The notes beneath the pieces were generated by a model that saw nothing but the letters and a program-made list of their open reading frames with translations, had not been told where the DNA came from and searched no databases. The translations under genes and the position numbers were made by a program. From assembly GCA_041645145.1 (NCBI GenBank), contig JBAZQO010000001.1, forward strand, positions 2,327-66,326: a stretch of DNA of 64,000 nt. Direction: 5' to 3'. The stretch is from Candidatus Omnitrophota bacterium. GTDB taxonomy: Bacteria > Omnitrophota > Gorgyraeia > Gygaellales > Profunditerraquicolaceae. Shown here in pieces: positions 56,897 through 64,000 of the stretch; within the stretch, counting starts at the first letter, position 1, and each line of letters begins with the position of its first letter.

Positions 56897-56924
56897 ATTA
56901 TAGGTAAGCGATTACAAGGACAAA
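56897..56924 (-). promoter_or_regulatory. putative promoter of the giant gene
   Basis: Minus strand has TTTGTC/TTGTCC, then 15-16 nt, then TATAAT (perfect -10; plus ~56897-56902), ~45 nt upstream of the ATG at 56853. Confidence 0.3.
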
Positions 56925-56948
56925 AAGGTGGTTTTGGGAAAGCGCTTG

Positions 56949-57602
56949 CTAAATGACTATTACAAATTCACCGCGGGGTTTTTGTTGCCGGAATTCTTCT
57001 AACAGAAGCTGGGGGTTAGCGCGTCTTATTTCTTCAAATTTTTTAGTCAATTCCCTGGCGCAGACTATCTCTTGTTCGCCAAAGACTTCCTTGATATCCT
57101 GGAGGGTTTTTAGAATACGGTGGCAGGATTCATAAAAAACTAAGGTGCAGCCAATCTTTTTTAGCCTTTCCAGCTGGTTTTTGCGCGCCTGAGAGCGATT
57201 CGGAAGAAACCCGGCAAAGAAAAATTCATGAGCTGGCTTCCCGGAAAGCACGAGGGCATTTATAAAAGCCGCGGCTCCCGGGATAAAAGTCATTTCCAGA
57301 TTATTTTTTATCGCCAGATTAATCAGGTTATAGCCAGGATCAAGTATGCCAGGCGTGCCGGCATCAGAAACCAAGGCAACATTTTTGCCTGCTTGCAACA
57401 GGCCGATAATATATGCGCCTTTGCTGAATCTGTTATGCTGATAAAAGCTTGTAGTAGGGGTTTTGATGCCGTAATGTTGGAGCAGGATTTTGGTATGCCG
57501 GGTATCTTCACAGGCAATTAAATCTACATTTTTTAAAACCTCGATTGCCCGCAAAGTTATATCTTTTAAATTCCCTACCGGCGTGGCGACAATATAAAAC
57601 AT
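56949..57602 (-). CDS. rsmI: 16S rRNA (cytidine1402-2'-O)-methyltransferase RsmI (tetrapyrrole-methylase fold)
   Basis: MFYIVATPVGNLKDITLRAIEVLKNVDLIACEDTRHTKILL is the canonical RsmI N-terminus. Its start abuts the glmS stop. Confidence 0.75.
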   Translation of the reverse strand: MFYIVATPVGNLKDITLRAIEVLKNVDLIACEDTRHTKILLQHYGIKTPTTSFYQHNRFSKGAYIIGLLQAGKNVALVSDAGTPGILDPGYNLINLAIKNNLEMTFIPGAAAFINALVLSGKPAHEFFFAGFLPNRSQARKNQLERLKKIGCTLVFYESCHRILKTLQDIKEVFGEQEIVCARELTKKFEEIRRANPQLLLEEFRQQKPRGEFVIVI

Positions 57603-59437
57603 TATTCCACGGTTACTGATTTAGCGAGGTTGCGCGGTTGGTCCACGTCGCATCCGCGTTTTACTGCGATATGGTATGCTAATAACTGCAGCGGCAATAC
57701 TACCAGGAGAGGAGAAAACAGCTCCTCGCATTTAGGGATATAAATTACCTCTGCGGTCAGCTCCTTGATATTAGAATCTCCATCAGTGGCAATAGCAATG
57801 ATTTTGCCGCGCCGGGAGCGGATCTCCTGGATGTTGGAAGCCATCTTTTCATATACCTTGGACTCCGGGGTAATGCAGACCACGGCGCGGTATTCATCAA
57901 TTAAAGCGATGGGGCCATGCTTCATCTCTCCGGCGGCATAACCTTCTGCCGGGATATACGAAATTTCTTTTAATTTCAGCGCCCCCTCCAAAGCTGACGG
58001 ATAATTTATATTTCTACCTAAATACAAAAATGAACCAAAATGCGAATGCCTGCGGGATAAACGGGCAATGTCATCCTGTTCTTTAAGGATCGCCGCCTGC
58101 TTCTTAGGTATACCTCTTAACTCTTCGAGTAATTTATTTATTTTATTCTGTGGGATTATATCGCGCACCTCTGCCAGATACAAGGCAAATAAATAAATCG
58201 CGGCCAGCTGCGCAGTATAGGCCTTAGTAGATGCAACCCCGATTTCCGGGCCGGCGTGGGTATACATCACCCCGTCTGATTCGCGGGTTAAGGTTGAGCC
58301 CAGGACATTACATATAGAAATTACCGAAGCGCCCAGCTTTTTCGCCTCCCTGATTCCTGCCAGAGTATCCGCGGTCTCGCCGGACTGGCTGATCGCCAAT
58401 ACCAGGGTATCCTTATCAATAAGCAGGTCCCGATAACGGAATTCGCTTGAAACATCTATATGCGTGGGTATTTTACAGAGGGATTCTAAGGCATATTTGC
58501 CTACCAGGCCCGCATGATAAGCTGTGCCGCAGGCAACGATAAAAATACTCTTTATGCTTTTCAACTTTTCAAGCGGGATATCCTGCTCCTGGAAAAGAAT
58601 GCCGTTGTCGTTTTGTATCCTCAGGCCGAGCAGGTCCTCGATGATCTTAGGCTGCTCATTAATTTCTTTGAGCATAAAATACTTATACCCCTGCTTCTGC
58701 GCCTGCTCAATATCCCAGTTGAGCCGCACTGCCTCCCTGATTACTGTCTTGCCGTTAAGATCCGTTATTTTGCAGCTGTTTTTGCTTAACACCACCACCT
58801 CGTTCTCATCCAGGAAAATTATATCTTTGGTGTGTTCAAGGATTGCCGGAGCATCCGAGGCAAGAAAATTCTCATTTTCCCCTATTCCTATTATCAAAGG
58901 GCTTCCTGAGCGAGCGCCGACCAATTTTCCTGGCTCACGCTTAGCGATAACCGCAATGGCAAAAGAACCGGTGACTAATTTCAGGGCTTTGCGCACCGCG
59001 TCTTCTAATGGAATATTTTTATAAAACTTCTCGATAAGATGCACGATGACTTCGGTATCAGTCTGGCTGCGAAAGACATGCCCCTCCTTAAGCAGCTGCG
59101 CTTTAAGGGGCTCGTAGTTTTCGATTATTCCGTTATGCACAAGCGCTATTTCATTTTCACAGTCAGTATGCGGATGGGCATTATTTTGGGTAGGCGCGCC
59201 ATGGGTAGCCCAGCGGGTATGCGCAATGCCTACTGTTCCTGCAAGGGGTTTTGATTTAAGCAATTTATCCAGGGCGCTGATCTTACCGGGAGACTTTCTG
59301 ACAGAAGGAGTGTTTTTAGCGGGGAGAATAACGGCTATACCGCTGGAATCATAACCGCGGTACTCCAGGCGCTTAAGGCCAGTCAAGAGTATTTCTTGCG
59401 CTGGCCTTTCACCGATATATCCGACTATTCCGCACAT
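57602..59437 (-). CDS. glmS: glutamine--fructose-6-phosphate aminotransferase (isomerizing)
   Basis: MCGIVGYIG catalytic Cys2 N-terminus. The start is called at this internal Met; the track ORF carries a spurious 30-codon leader. Two SIS domains and C-terminal ...SVTVE. Confidence 0.9.
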   Translation of the reverse strand: MCGIVGYIGERPAQEILLTGLKRLEYRGYDSSGIAVILPAKNTPSVRKSPGKISALDKLLKSKPLAGTVGIAHTRWATHGAPTQNNAHPHTDCENEIALVHNGIIENYEPLKAQLLKEGHVFRSQTDTEVIVHLIEKFYKNIPLEDAVRKALKLVTGSFAIAVIAKREPGKLVGARSGSPLIIGIGENENFLASDAPAILEHTKDIIFLDENEVVVLSKNSCKITDLNGKTVIREAVRLNWDIEQAQKQGYKYFMLKEINEQPKIIEDLLGLRIQNDNGILFQEQDIPLEKLKSIKSIFIVACGTAYHAGLVGKYALESLCKIPTHIDVSSEFRYRDLLIDKDTLVLAISQSGETADTLAGIREAKKLGASVISICNVLGSTLTRESDGVMYTHAGPEIGVASTKAYTAQLAAIYLFALYLAEVRDIIPQNKINKLLEELRGIPKKQAAILKEQDDIARLSRRHSHFGSFLYLGRNINYPSALEGALKLKEISYIPAEGYAAGEMKHGPIALIDEYRAVVCITPESKVYEKMASNIQEIRSRRGKIIAIATDGDSNIKELTAEVIYIPKCEELFSPLLVVLPLQLLAYHIAVKRGCDVDQPRNLAKSVTVE

Positions 59438-59579
59438 TTGAGCACACTCCTGGGCTTGCCTAACGGCAAGCCCATTTAGCGAAATCCCGACGAATGCTGC
59501 AAAATTTTGGAACAAAATTTTGCGCATCTTATGAGTCGGGAGTGGCTACCTGTAATCCCTAAAACGCCGGCAAATTTAA

Positions 59580-59654
59580 TGACCCTGACGGGATTTGAAC
59601 CCGTGTCGAGAGCTTGAAAAGCTCTTGTCCTAGACCAGGCTAGACGACAGGGTC
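59580..59654 (-). tRNA. tRNA-Glu (anticodon TTC)
   Basis: Reverse complement reads GACCCTGTCGTCTAGCCTGGTCTAGGACA AGAGC TTTTCAA GCTCT CGAC ACGGGTTCAAATCCCGT CAGGGTCA. Anticodon loop TTTTCAA gives TTC. The D-arm TCGTCTAG...GGAC is typical of tRNA-Glu. No CCA. Confidence 0.8.
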
Positions 59655-59659
59655 GGAAT

Positions 59660-62600
59660 TTACTCTTCCTCCTCGGCGATTACCGGGGCAACGCAGGAAA
59701 CCCGGTCTTTATCCTGCAGCTTAATCAACCGAACACCTTGCGCTGAACGACCGGTTTCACGGATATCCTTTATGGCGCAGCGCAAGAATATGCCATTTTG
59801 AGTAATTACCATAAGCTCATCATTGTCATTTACGGTCTTTAAATTTACTGCCTGGCCGTTCTTATCCGTAACCTTAATATTGATCACCCCTTTGCCGCCG
59901 CGGCTGGTTAAGCGATACTCATCAATGGTGGTGCGTTTTGCAAAACCCAATGCCGTAACCGTCAATATTGTAGAATCCTTTTGCGGGACAACCATATCGA
60001 TAACTTCGTCCTTTTTAGCCAGAGATATCGCGCGCACGCCATGCGCCCCCCTGCCCATATCGCGCACATTTTCCTCAGAAAATCTTATGGCCTTACCTTG
60101 CCTGGTCCCGATAAGCAGTTCCTGTTTTCCGTCGGTCATCTCCACGCCGATCAACGCGTCATCCTTATCTAAGGTAATCCCGATAATCCCGCCTTTGCGC
60201 GGATTACCATAAGCCTCTAGCTTAGTTTTCTTAATTTGCCCCAGCTTAGTCACCATGACCAAATATTTATCCGGTGAAAAATCCTTAACCGGAATAGTAG
60301 AGCTAATTTTCGCTACCTGCTCCATCTGCACCAAATTCACAATAGCCTTGCCCTTAGAGACACGGCTAGCTTGGGGTATCTCATAAACCTTTAGCCAGTG
60401 CACCTGTCCTTTATCTGTAAAAATCAAAAGGTAGTCTTTGGTAGAAGCCACAAAAAGATGTTCACTAAAATCTTCCTCTTTTAAATCCGCTCCGGTTGCC
60501 CCTGTGCCCCCGCGTTTTTGCTTACGGTATGCGCTTACCGGCAGGCGCTTAATATAGCCACCATGACTAATTGTCACCACTACATCCTCATCGGCAATTA
60601 AATCCTCAACCTCCAACTCTTCTGCTTCACCCACTATATCTGTACGCCTTTGGTCACCATATTTTTTCTTTAAATTATCCAGCTCTTCCTTAATAATCCC
60701 TTCAATTTTTTTATCCGAACCTAAGATCGCCCGGCAGATTTCAATTTTCTTTAAAAGCTCGGCATACTCCGCGTCAATTTTATCGCGCTCAAGAGCAGTT
60801 AAGCGCTGCAACTGCATTTCAAGAATTGCCTGCGACTGCAACTCCGAAAGCTCAAACTCCTTCATTAAGTTTACCTTGGCCGCCTCAACACTCTTAGAGG
60901 TCTTAATGACTTTGATAATCCGGTCAATAAACTTAAGCGCTATCTTTAAACCTTCTAAAATATGCGCGCGCCTTAAAGCCTTGTCTAATTCAAACTGGGT
61001 GCGTCGGCGGATAACAATCTTGCGATGCTCAATATAACAATCTAATACCTGGCGTAAATTTAATACCCTGGGCCGATTATCCACCAGAGCCAGCATAATA
61101 ATGCCAAATGTGGTTTCCAGTTGAGTATGTTTAAAAAGTTGATTCAAAACAATCTGGGATTCGATATCACGCTTAAGTTCAACCACAATGCGCATGCCAT
61201 CCTTATCAGATTCATCGCGGATATCAGATATGCCTTCAATTTTTTTATCATCAACCAAAGCCGCAATAGCTTCAATAAGCCCCGATTTCTGCACCTGATA
61301 AGGAATTTCAGTAATAATAATTAAATCTTTGCCATTCTTTTGATGCTCTACAGTTGCCCGGGAACGTATGAGTAATTTACCTCTTCCGGTAGTATACGCA
61401 TCTTTAATCCCCGCCTTGCCGCAGATTAATCCTCCAGTAGGAAAATCCGGCCCTTTTACATAACGCATCAGGTCCTTAATCTCTGCCTCGGGGTGATCAA
61501 GTAGATAAATAATGGCATCACAAACTTCATTTAAATTATGCGGCGGTATATTGGTGGCCATGCCCACGGCAATACCGCTTGAGCCGTTGACTAAAAGATT
61601 GGGAAGGCTCGCCGGTAAAAGTAAAGGCTCCTTTAAAGAAGAATCAAAGTTCGGACCAAAATTAACGGTTTCTTTTTCAATATCACCAAGCATCTCTTCA
61701 GAAACCGCAGCCAGGCGGGCCTCGGTATTATGACTTATGAATCCATTGGATACAAATGAGTGACATGGACTATCCACTTTAATTGAATAGACTCTTTTCT
61801 TACCGGCATCTTCTATCGAAACAATTTTATCAAAGATATATCTATTTTTTATCAAACCCTCAAACAAACTAACATCGTCTTTATCAAGAGCCCTTCTTAG
61901 CCTAGGCCAGTATTTTTCTATTTTTGGGTACCTATCGATGTTGTGTTTTTTTAGCCATTCTATGTTCCCCCAATATTTTCTCCTGCACCGTGTGCTTTTT
62001 TTACGAATATAGTCGGCGATGTAGGGAATAAAATCTGTCTTGGACATAGCCCAATCAGTTTTATTGCGATTACAAATATCTATCAGCCTTTCACGACTTT
62101 TCTTGGTAGCAAAATTTATTTGATTTTTAAATAAATCGAGATTATTGCGGCCTCTAATAAACAACCTAAAATAGTTTTTTTGCTTATGAAATCTATGCGA
62201 AGAATCGATGCCAAACATTAGCAGAAAAACTTGTAAACCTTGAATCAATTTTCCGCTGGTTGATATCAAGCTAACATCGGGGTTTCTCTTGCCAACACAA
62301 ATACTACCATCTCCCTCCGCATAACCTTTTATAAATGCAGCAACCGATTTTTTCGAGGAAGAAAAAATTATATCTGGAATGGTTTTATCATAAGCTCGCA
62401 ACTGGCGTAACCCTAGATTTTTCAAAAAATCTATAACATGCATTGAATGAATTTCTAAATAAGTACACTTCTTTTTCCCATAACCCAATGGTTTTCTTAC
62501 AAATTCATGCAGCCTGCAATCGGGGAATACTCGCTGGAAGCACGATTTAAATTCCCGTAGAAACTCTTTATCCCCATTACAGAATCCAATTTGTTCTTTG

Positions 62601-63415
62601 CTAATAGAACCTTCTGAAATTAGCGCTCCCAAAATAAAGGCCAGATCTGCATTCATAGCGCGAGGGAGTTTATGACCCTGCCTTCTGTTTCGAAGTTCTG
62701 GATAAAATTTCTTTAATAAAGGTTCCCTTGAAGGGAATAACAAACCGCTCCTGCTGACTACGACAAAATCGCCATTTTCTACATTATTCAATAGTGTCCA
62801 AACTAATTTTGGCTTTGTTCCATTGCGTTGCCACGTTAAAATAGGATGATTCAGGCTCCCGCATAAGCTAAAACCTCTAAAGGTAGTAATTTTTTTAGTT
62901 AAATGCTCTCCGGAATCAAACCATTTTGAAACATGATTTATCTTATTATTGCATGAAAGTACTCGAAAATCTGTTTTGGAATGATGGGGCAGCTCGTCTA
63001 TTCTTTGCAGTCCTTTATCTGTAACAATCAGGGCGTCGCCGGTGACGCAGTATCTCATCGCCGCAGCTGCGTCCCCGTCGACCGATCCGAAATTTCCTTG
63101 ACCATCCACGAGCGGATAGCGCAGGGAAAAATCTTGTGCCATGCGCACCAGGGTATCATAAATAGCCACATCACCATGTGGATGATACTTACCCATGGTT
63201 TCACCGACAATACGCGCACATTTCTTATAAGGCTTAGAGTGTTCGAGATTAAGCTCCTGCATTGCGTAAAGAATTCTGCGATGCACCGGCTTTAACCCGT
63301 CGCGCACATCAGGCAGGGCTCGACCGACAATTACGCTCATTGCATAATTCAAATAGGAGTCTTTAACCTCGTCCTCAATATAAACCGGAATTATTTTTTC
63401 GTTGCGTGTATACAT
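59660..63415 (-). CDS. gyrA: DNA gyrase subunit A interrupted by an in-frame intein (1251 aa precursor; ~810-aa mature GyrA)
   Basis: The N-terminus has the GyrA-box region through ...[10 protein letters not shown] (catalytic Tyr). Canonical GyrA resumes at [10 protein letters not shown].... C-terminal beta-pinwheel repeats and acidic tail are present. Confidence 0.9.
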   Translation of the reverse strand: MYTRNEKIIPVYIEDEVKDSYLNYAMSVIVGRALPDVRDGLKPVHRRILYAMQELNLEHSKPYKKCARIVGETMGKYHPHGDVAIYDTLVRMAQDFSLRYPLVDGQGNFGSVDGDAAAAMRYCVTGDALIVTDKGLQRIDELPHHSKTDFRVLSCNNKINHVSKWFDSGEHLTKKITTFRGFSLCGSLNHPILTWQRNGTKPKLVWTLLNNVENGDFVVVSRSGLLFPSREPLLKKFYPELRNRRQGHKLPRAMNADLAFILGALISEGSISKEQIGFCNGDKEFLREFKSCFQRVFPDCRLHEFVRKPLGYGKKKCTYLEIHSMHVIDFLKNLGLRQLRAYDKTIPDIIFSSSKKSVAAFIKGYAEGDGSICVGKRNPDVSLISTSGKLIQGLQVFLLMFGIDSSHRFHKQKNYFRLFIRGRNNLDLFKNQINFATKKSRERLIDICNRNKTDWAMSKTDFIPYIADYIRKKSTRCRRKYWGNIEWLKKHNIDRYPKIEKYWPRLRRALDKDDVSLFEGLIKNRYIFDKIVSIEDAGKKRVYSIKVDSPCHSFVSNGFISHNTEARLAAVSEEMLGDIEKETVNFGPNFDSSLKEPLLLPASLPNLLVNGSSGIAVGMATNIPPHNLNEVCDAIIYLLDHPEAEIKDLMRYVKGPDFPTGGLICGKAGIKDAYTTGRGKLLIRSRATVEHQKNGKDLIIITEIPYQVQKSGLIEAIAALVDDKKIEGISDIRDESDKDGMRIVVELKRDIESQIVLNQLFKHTQLETTFGIIMLALVDNRPRVLNLRQVLDCYIEHRKIVIRRRTQFELDKALRRAHILEGLKIALKFIDRIIKVIKTSKSVEAAKVNLMKEFELSELQSQAILEMQLQRLTALERDKIDAEYAELLKKIEICRAILGSDKKIEGIIKEELDNLKKKYGDQRRTDIVGEAEELEVEDLIADEDVVVTISHGGYIKRLPVSAYRKQKRGGTGATGADLKEEDFSEHLFVASTKDYLLIFTDKGQVHWLKVYEIPQASRVSKGKAIVNLVQMEQVAKISSTIPVKDFSPDKYLVMVTKLGQIKKTKLEAYGNPRKGGIIGITLDKDDALIGVEMTDGKQELLIGTRQGKAIRFSEENVRDMGRGAHGVRAISLAKKDEVIDMVVPQKDSTILTVTALGFAKRTTIDEYRLTSRGGKGVINIKVTDKNGQAVNLKTVNDNDELMVITQNGIFLRCAIKDIRETGRSAQGVRLIKLQDKDRVSCVAPVIAEEEE
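61727..63049 (-). mobile_element. GyrA intein (441 aa) with LAGLIDADG homing-endonuclease domain, inserted directly after the active-site Tyr
   Basis: Starts CVTGDALIV (Cys1, block A). Ends ...[11 protein letters not shown] (block G His-Asn), followed by extein Thr+1. Two LAGLIDADG motifs ([14 protein letters not shown]; [14 protein letters not shown]). Coordinates +/-2. Confidence 0.8.
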
Positions 63416-63416
63416 A

Positions 63417-64000
63417 TTAAATATCCAAATTCTTTACTTGATGCGCGTAATCTTCTATAAATTGACGGCGCGGCTCAACCTGGTCACCCATTAAAACCGT
63501 AAACATCTTATCCGCCGCAACCGCATCCTCTAAGATCACCTGTAAAATCGTTCTTTTTTCCGGATCCATAGTAGTATCCCAAAGCTGACGTGGATTCATT
63601 TCACCCAGGCCTTTGTATCTTTGGATGTGCATGCCTTTTGTCGCCACTTCTTTAATATACACCAGAACCTCTTTTAAACTAAAAACCTCTTTTGCGTCCT
63701 CTTCATTAGTAATGCGGTAAACTGCCTTTAATTTTTTCTCCCCTTCTTTAACTGTGCCGGCCTTAGGAACTATAATGCCGCTAAAATAAGTTTCAATCCC
63801 CAGGCCGAGTTTTTCAATCTTAGCTACTACCTCCTCAACCTCCTGAGATTCAAAGAGCTGCAAAACATCCTGCTCTAACCCTTTACCTTCTTGCTCAGTG
63901 AGGGCAGCAAGTTCTTTATCAGAATATAGAAAATGGTCTTTTCCATCCACTTTTACCCTATAAACTGGCATTTTTTTGGTCTTTTGGTGCCTAAAACCCA
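63417..64000 (-). CDS. gyrB: DNA gyrase subunit B, C-terminal part (5' end beyond window)
   Basis: Ends with the conserved GyrB C-terminus ...[27 protein letters not shown]...[13 protein letters not shown]. The frame stays open to position 64000. Confidence 0.85.
   Translation of the reverse strand, partial: GFRHQKTKKMPVYRVKVDGKDHFLYSDKELAALTEQEGKGLEQDVLQLFESQEVEEVVAKIEKLGLGIETYFSGIIVPKAGTVKEGEKKLKAVYRITNEEDAKEVFSLKEVLVYIKEVATKGMHIQRYKGLGEMNPRQLWDTTMDPEKRTILQVILEDAVAADKMFTVLMGDQVEPRRQFIEDYAHQVKNLDI

Noticed and set aside
59438-59527. 30-codon N-terminal extension of glmS in the track ORF
   Set aside because: GlmS requires Cys at position 2 after Met removal (MCGIVGYIG). The extension is an upstream in-frame read-through without family support.
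59660-63415. GyrA being abnormally long because of a gene fusion or assembly chimera
   Set aside because: The extra 441 aa have a precise intein signature (Cys1 ... His-Asn / Thr+1, LAGLIDADG motifs). The flanks join to a canonical GyrA active site. Intein is the parsimonious explanation.
1-64000. CRISPR arrays, rRNA genes, transposases/IS elements, phage integrases
   Set aside because: There are no regularly spaced direct repeats. No rRNA-like conserved stretches were seen. No DDE/serine/tyrosine recombinase motifs were seen in any frame of the intergenic or unassigned regions. The only mobile element supported is the gyrA intein.

Overview
64-kb window from a bacterial chromosome of moderate-to-low GC (roughly 42% by eye; not computed). 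It looks like an uncultured PVC-type or Omnitrophota-like lineage, judged only from a Chlamydia-like V-ATPase gene order and one giant ORF, with no rRNA or other marker to confirm it. Every credible gene (about 55) and all four tRNAs lie on the minus strand; the plus-strand ORFs in the track are shadow ORFs inside minus-strand genes. Contents from low to high coordinate: (1) a ~22-kb surface-glycan locus (1-22177) containing nine radical-SAM domains in tandem. These are six rSAM-SPASM paralogs, one rSAM-SPASM fused to a class I methyltransferase, one glycosyltransferase family 2 (GT2) fused to rSAM-SPASM, and two B12-binding rSAMs (one cut by the window edge). They sit among GT2 and GT4 glycosyltransferases, a WecA/MraY-type initiating transferase, a UDP-galactopyranose-mutase-like flavoenzyme, a TPR protein, and Wzm/Wzt ABC exporter genes; the Wzt ATPase carries three tandem ~220-aa C-terminal repeat modules. 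This is the candidate novel system. (2) Housekeeping and odd genes: HAD hydrolase, PAC2-like protein, M20 peptidase, endonuclease III-like protein, a PilZ-TM-coiled-coil-(alpha/alpha)6-hydrolase-like protein, a DnaQ-type exonuclease with a WYL-like tail, a DUF2156-like protein, a YkgJ-type CxxCxxCC protein, a 44-aa tRNA-binding-domain fragment, an outer-membrane beta-barrel protein. (3) tRNA-Asp(GTC) and tRNA-Val(TAC). (4) A seven-gene V/A-type ATPase operon (E, hypothetical, A, B, D, I, K) whose K subunit has a Na+-binding signature. (5) A pyrimidine operon split in two (pyrR-pyrB-pyrC, then pyrK-pyrD-pyrF) with a PyrR-type attenuator, interrupted by endonuclease Q-like, tRNA-Arg(CCG), a LOG-like protein, the C-terminal half of a split carB, mutM and an ICMT-like methyltransferase. 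(6) A 2545-aa secreted giant protein. (7) rsmI, glmS, tRNA-Glu(TTC), gyrA carrying a 441-aa LAGLIDADG intein immediately after the catalytic Tyr, and the 3' end of gyrB. Hand-derived coordinates (tRNAs, hairpins, promoters, intein, small ORF) are accurate to about +/-2 nt. This is because my manual line counting disagreed with the ORF track by 1 nt in two places.
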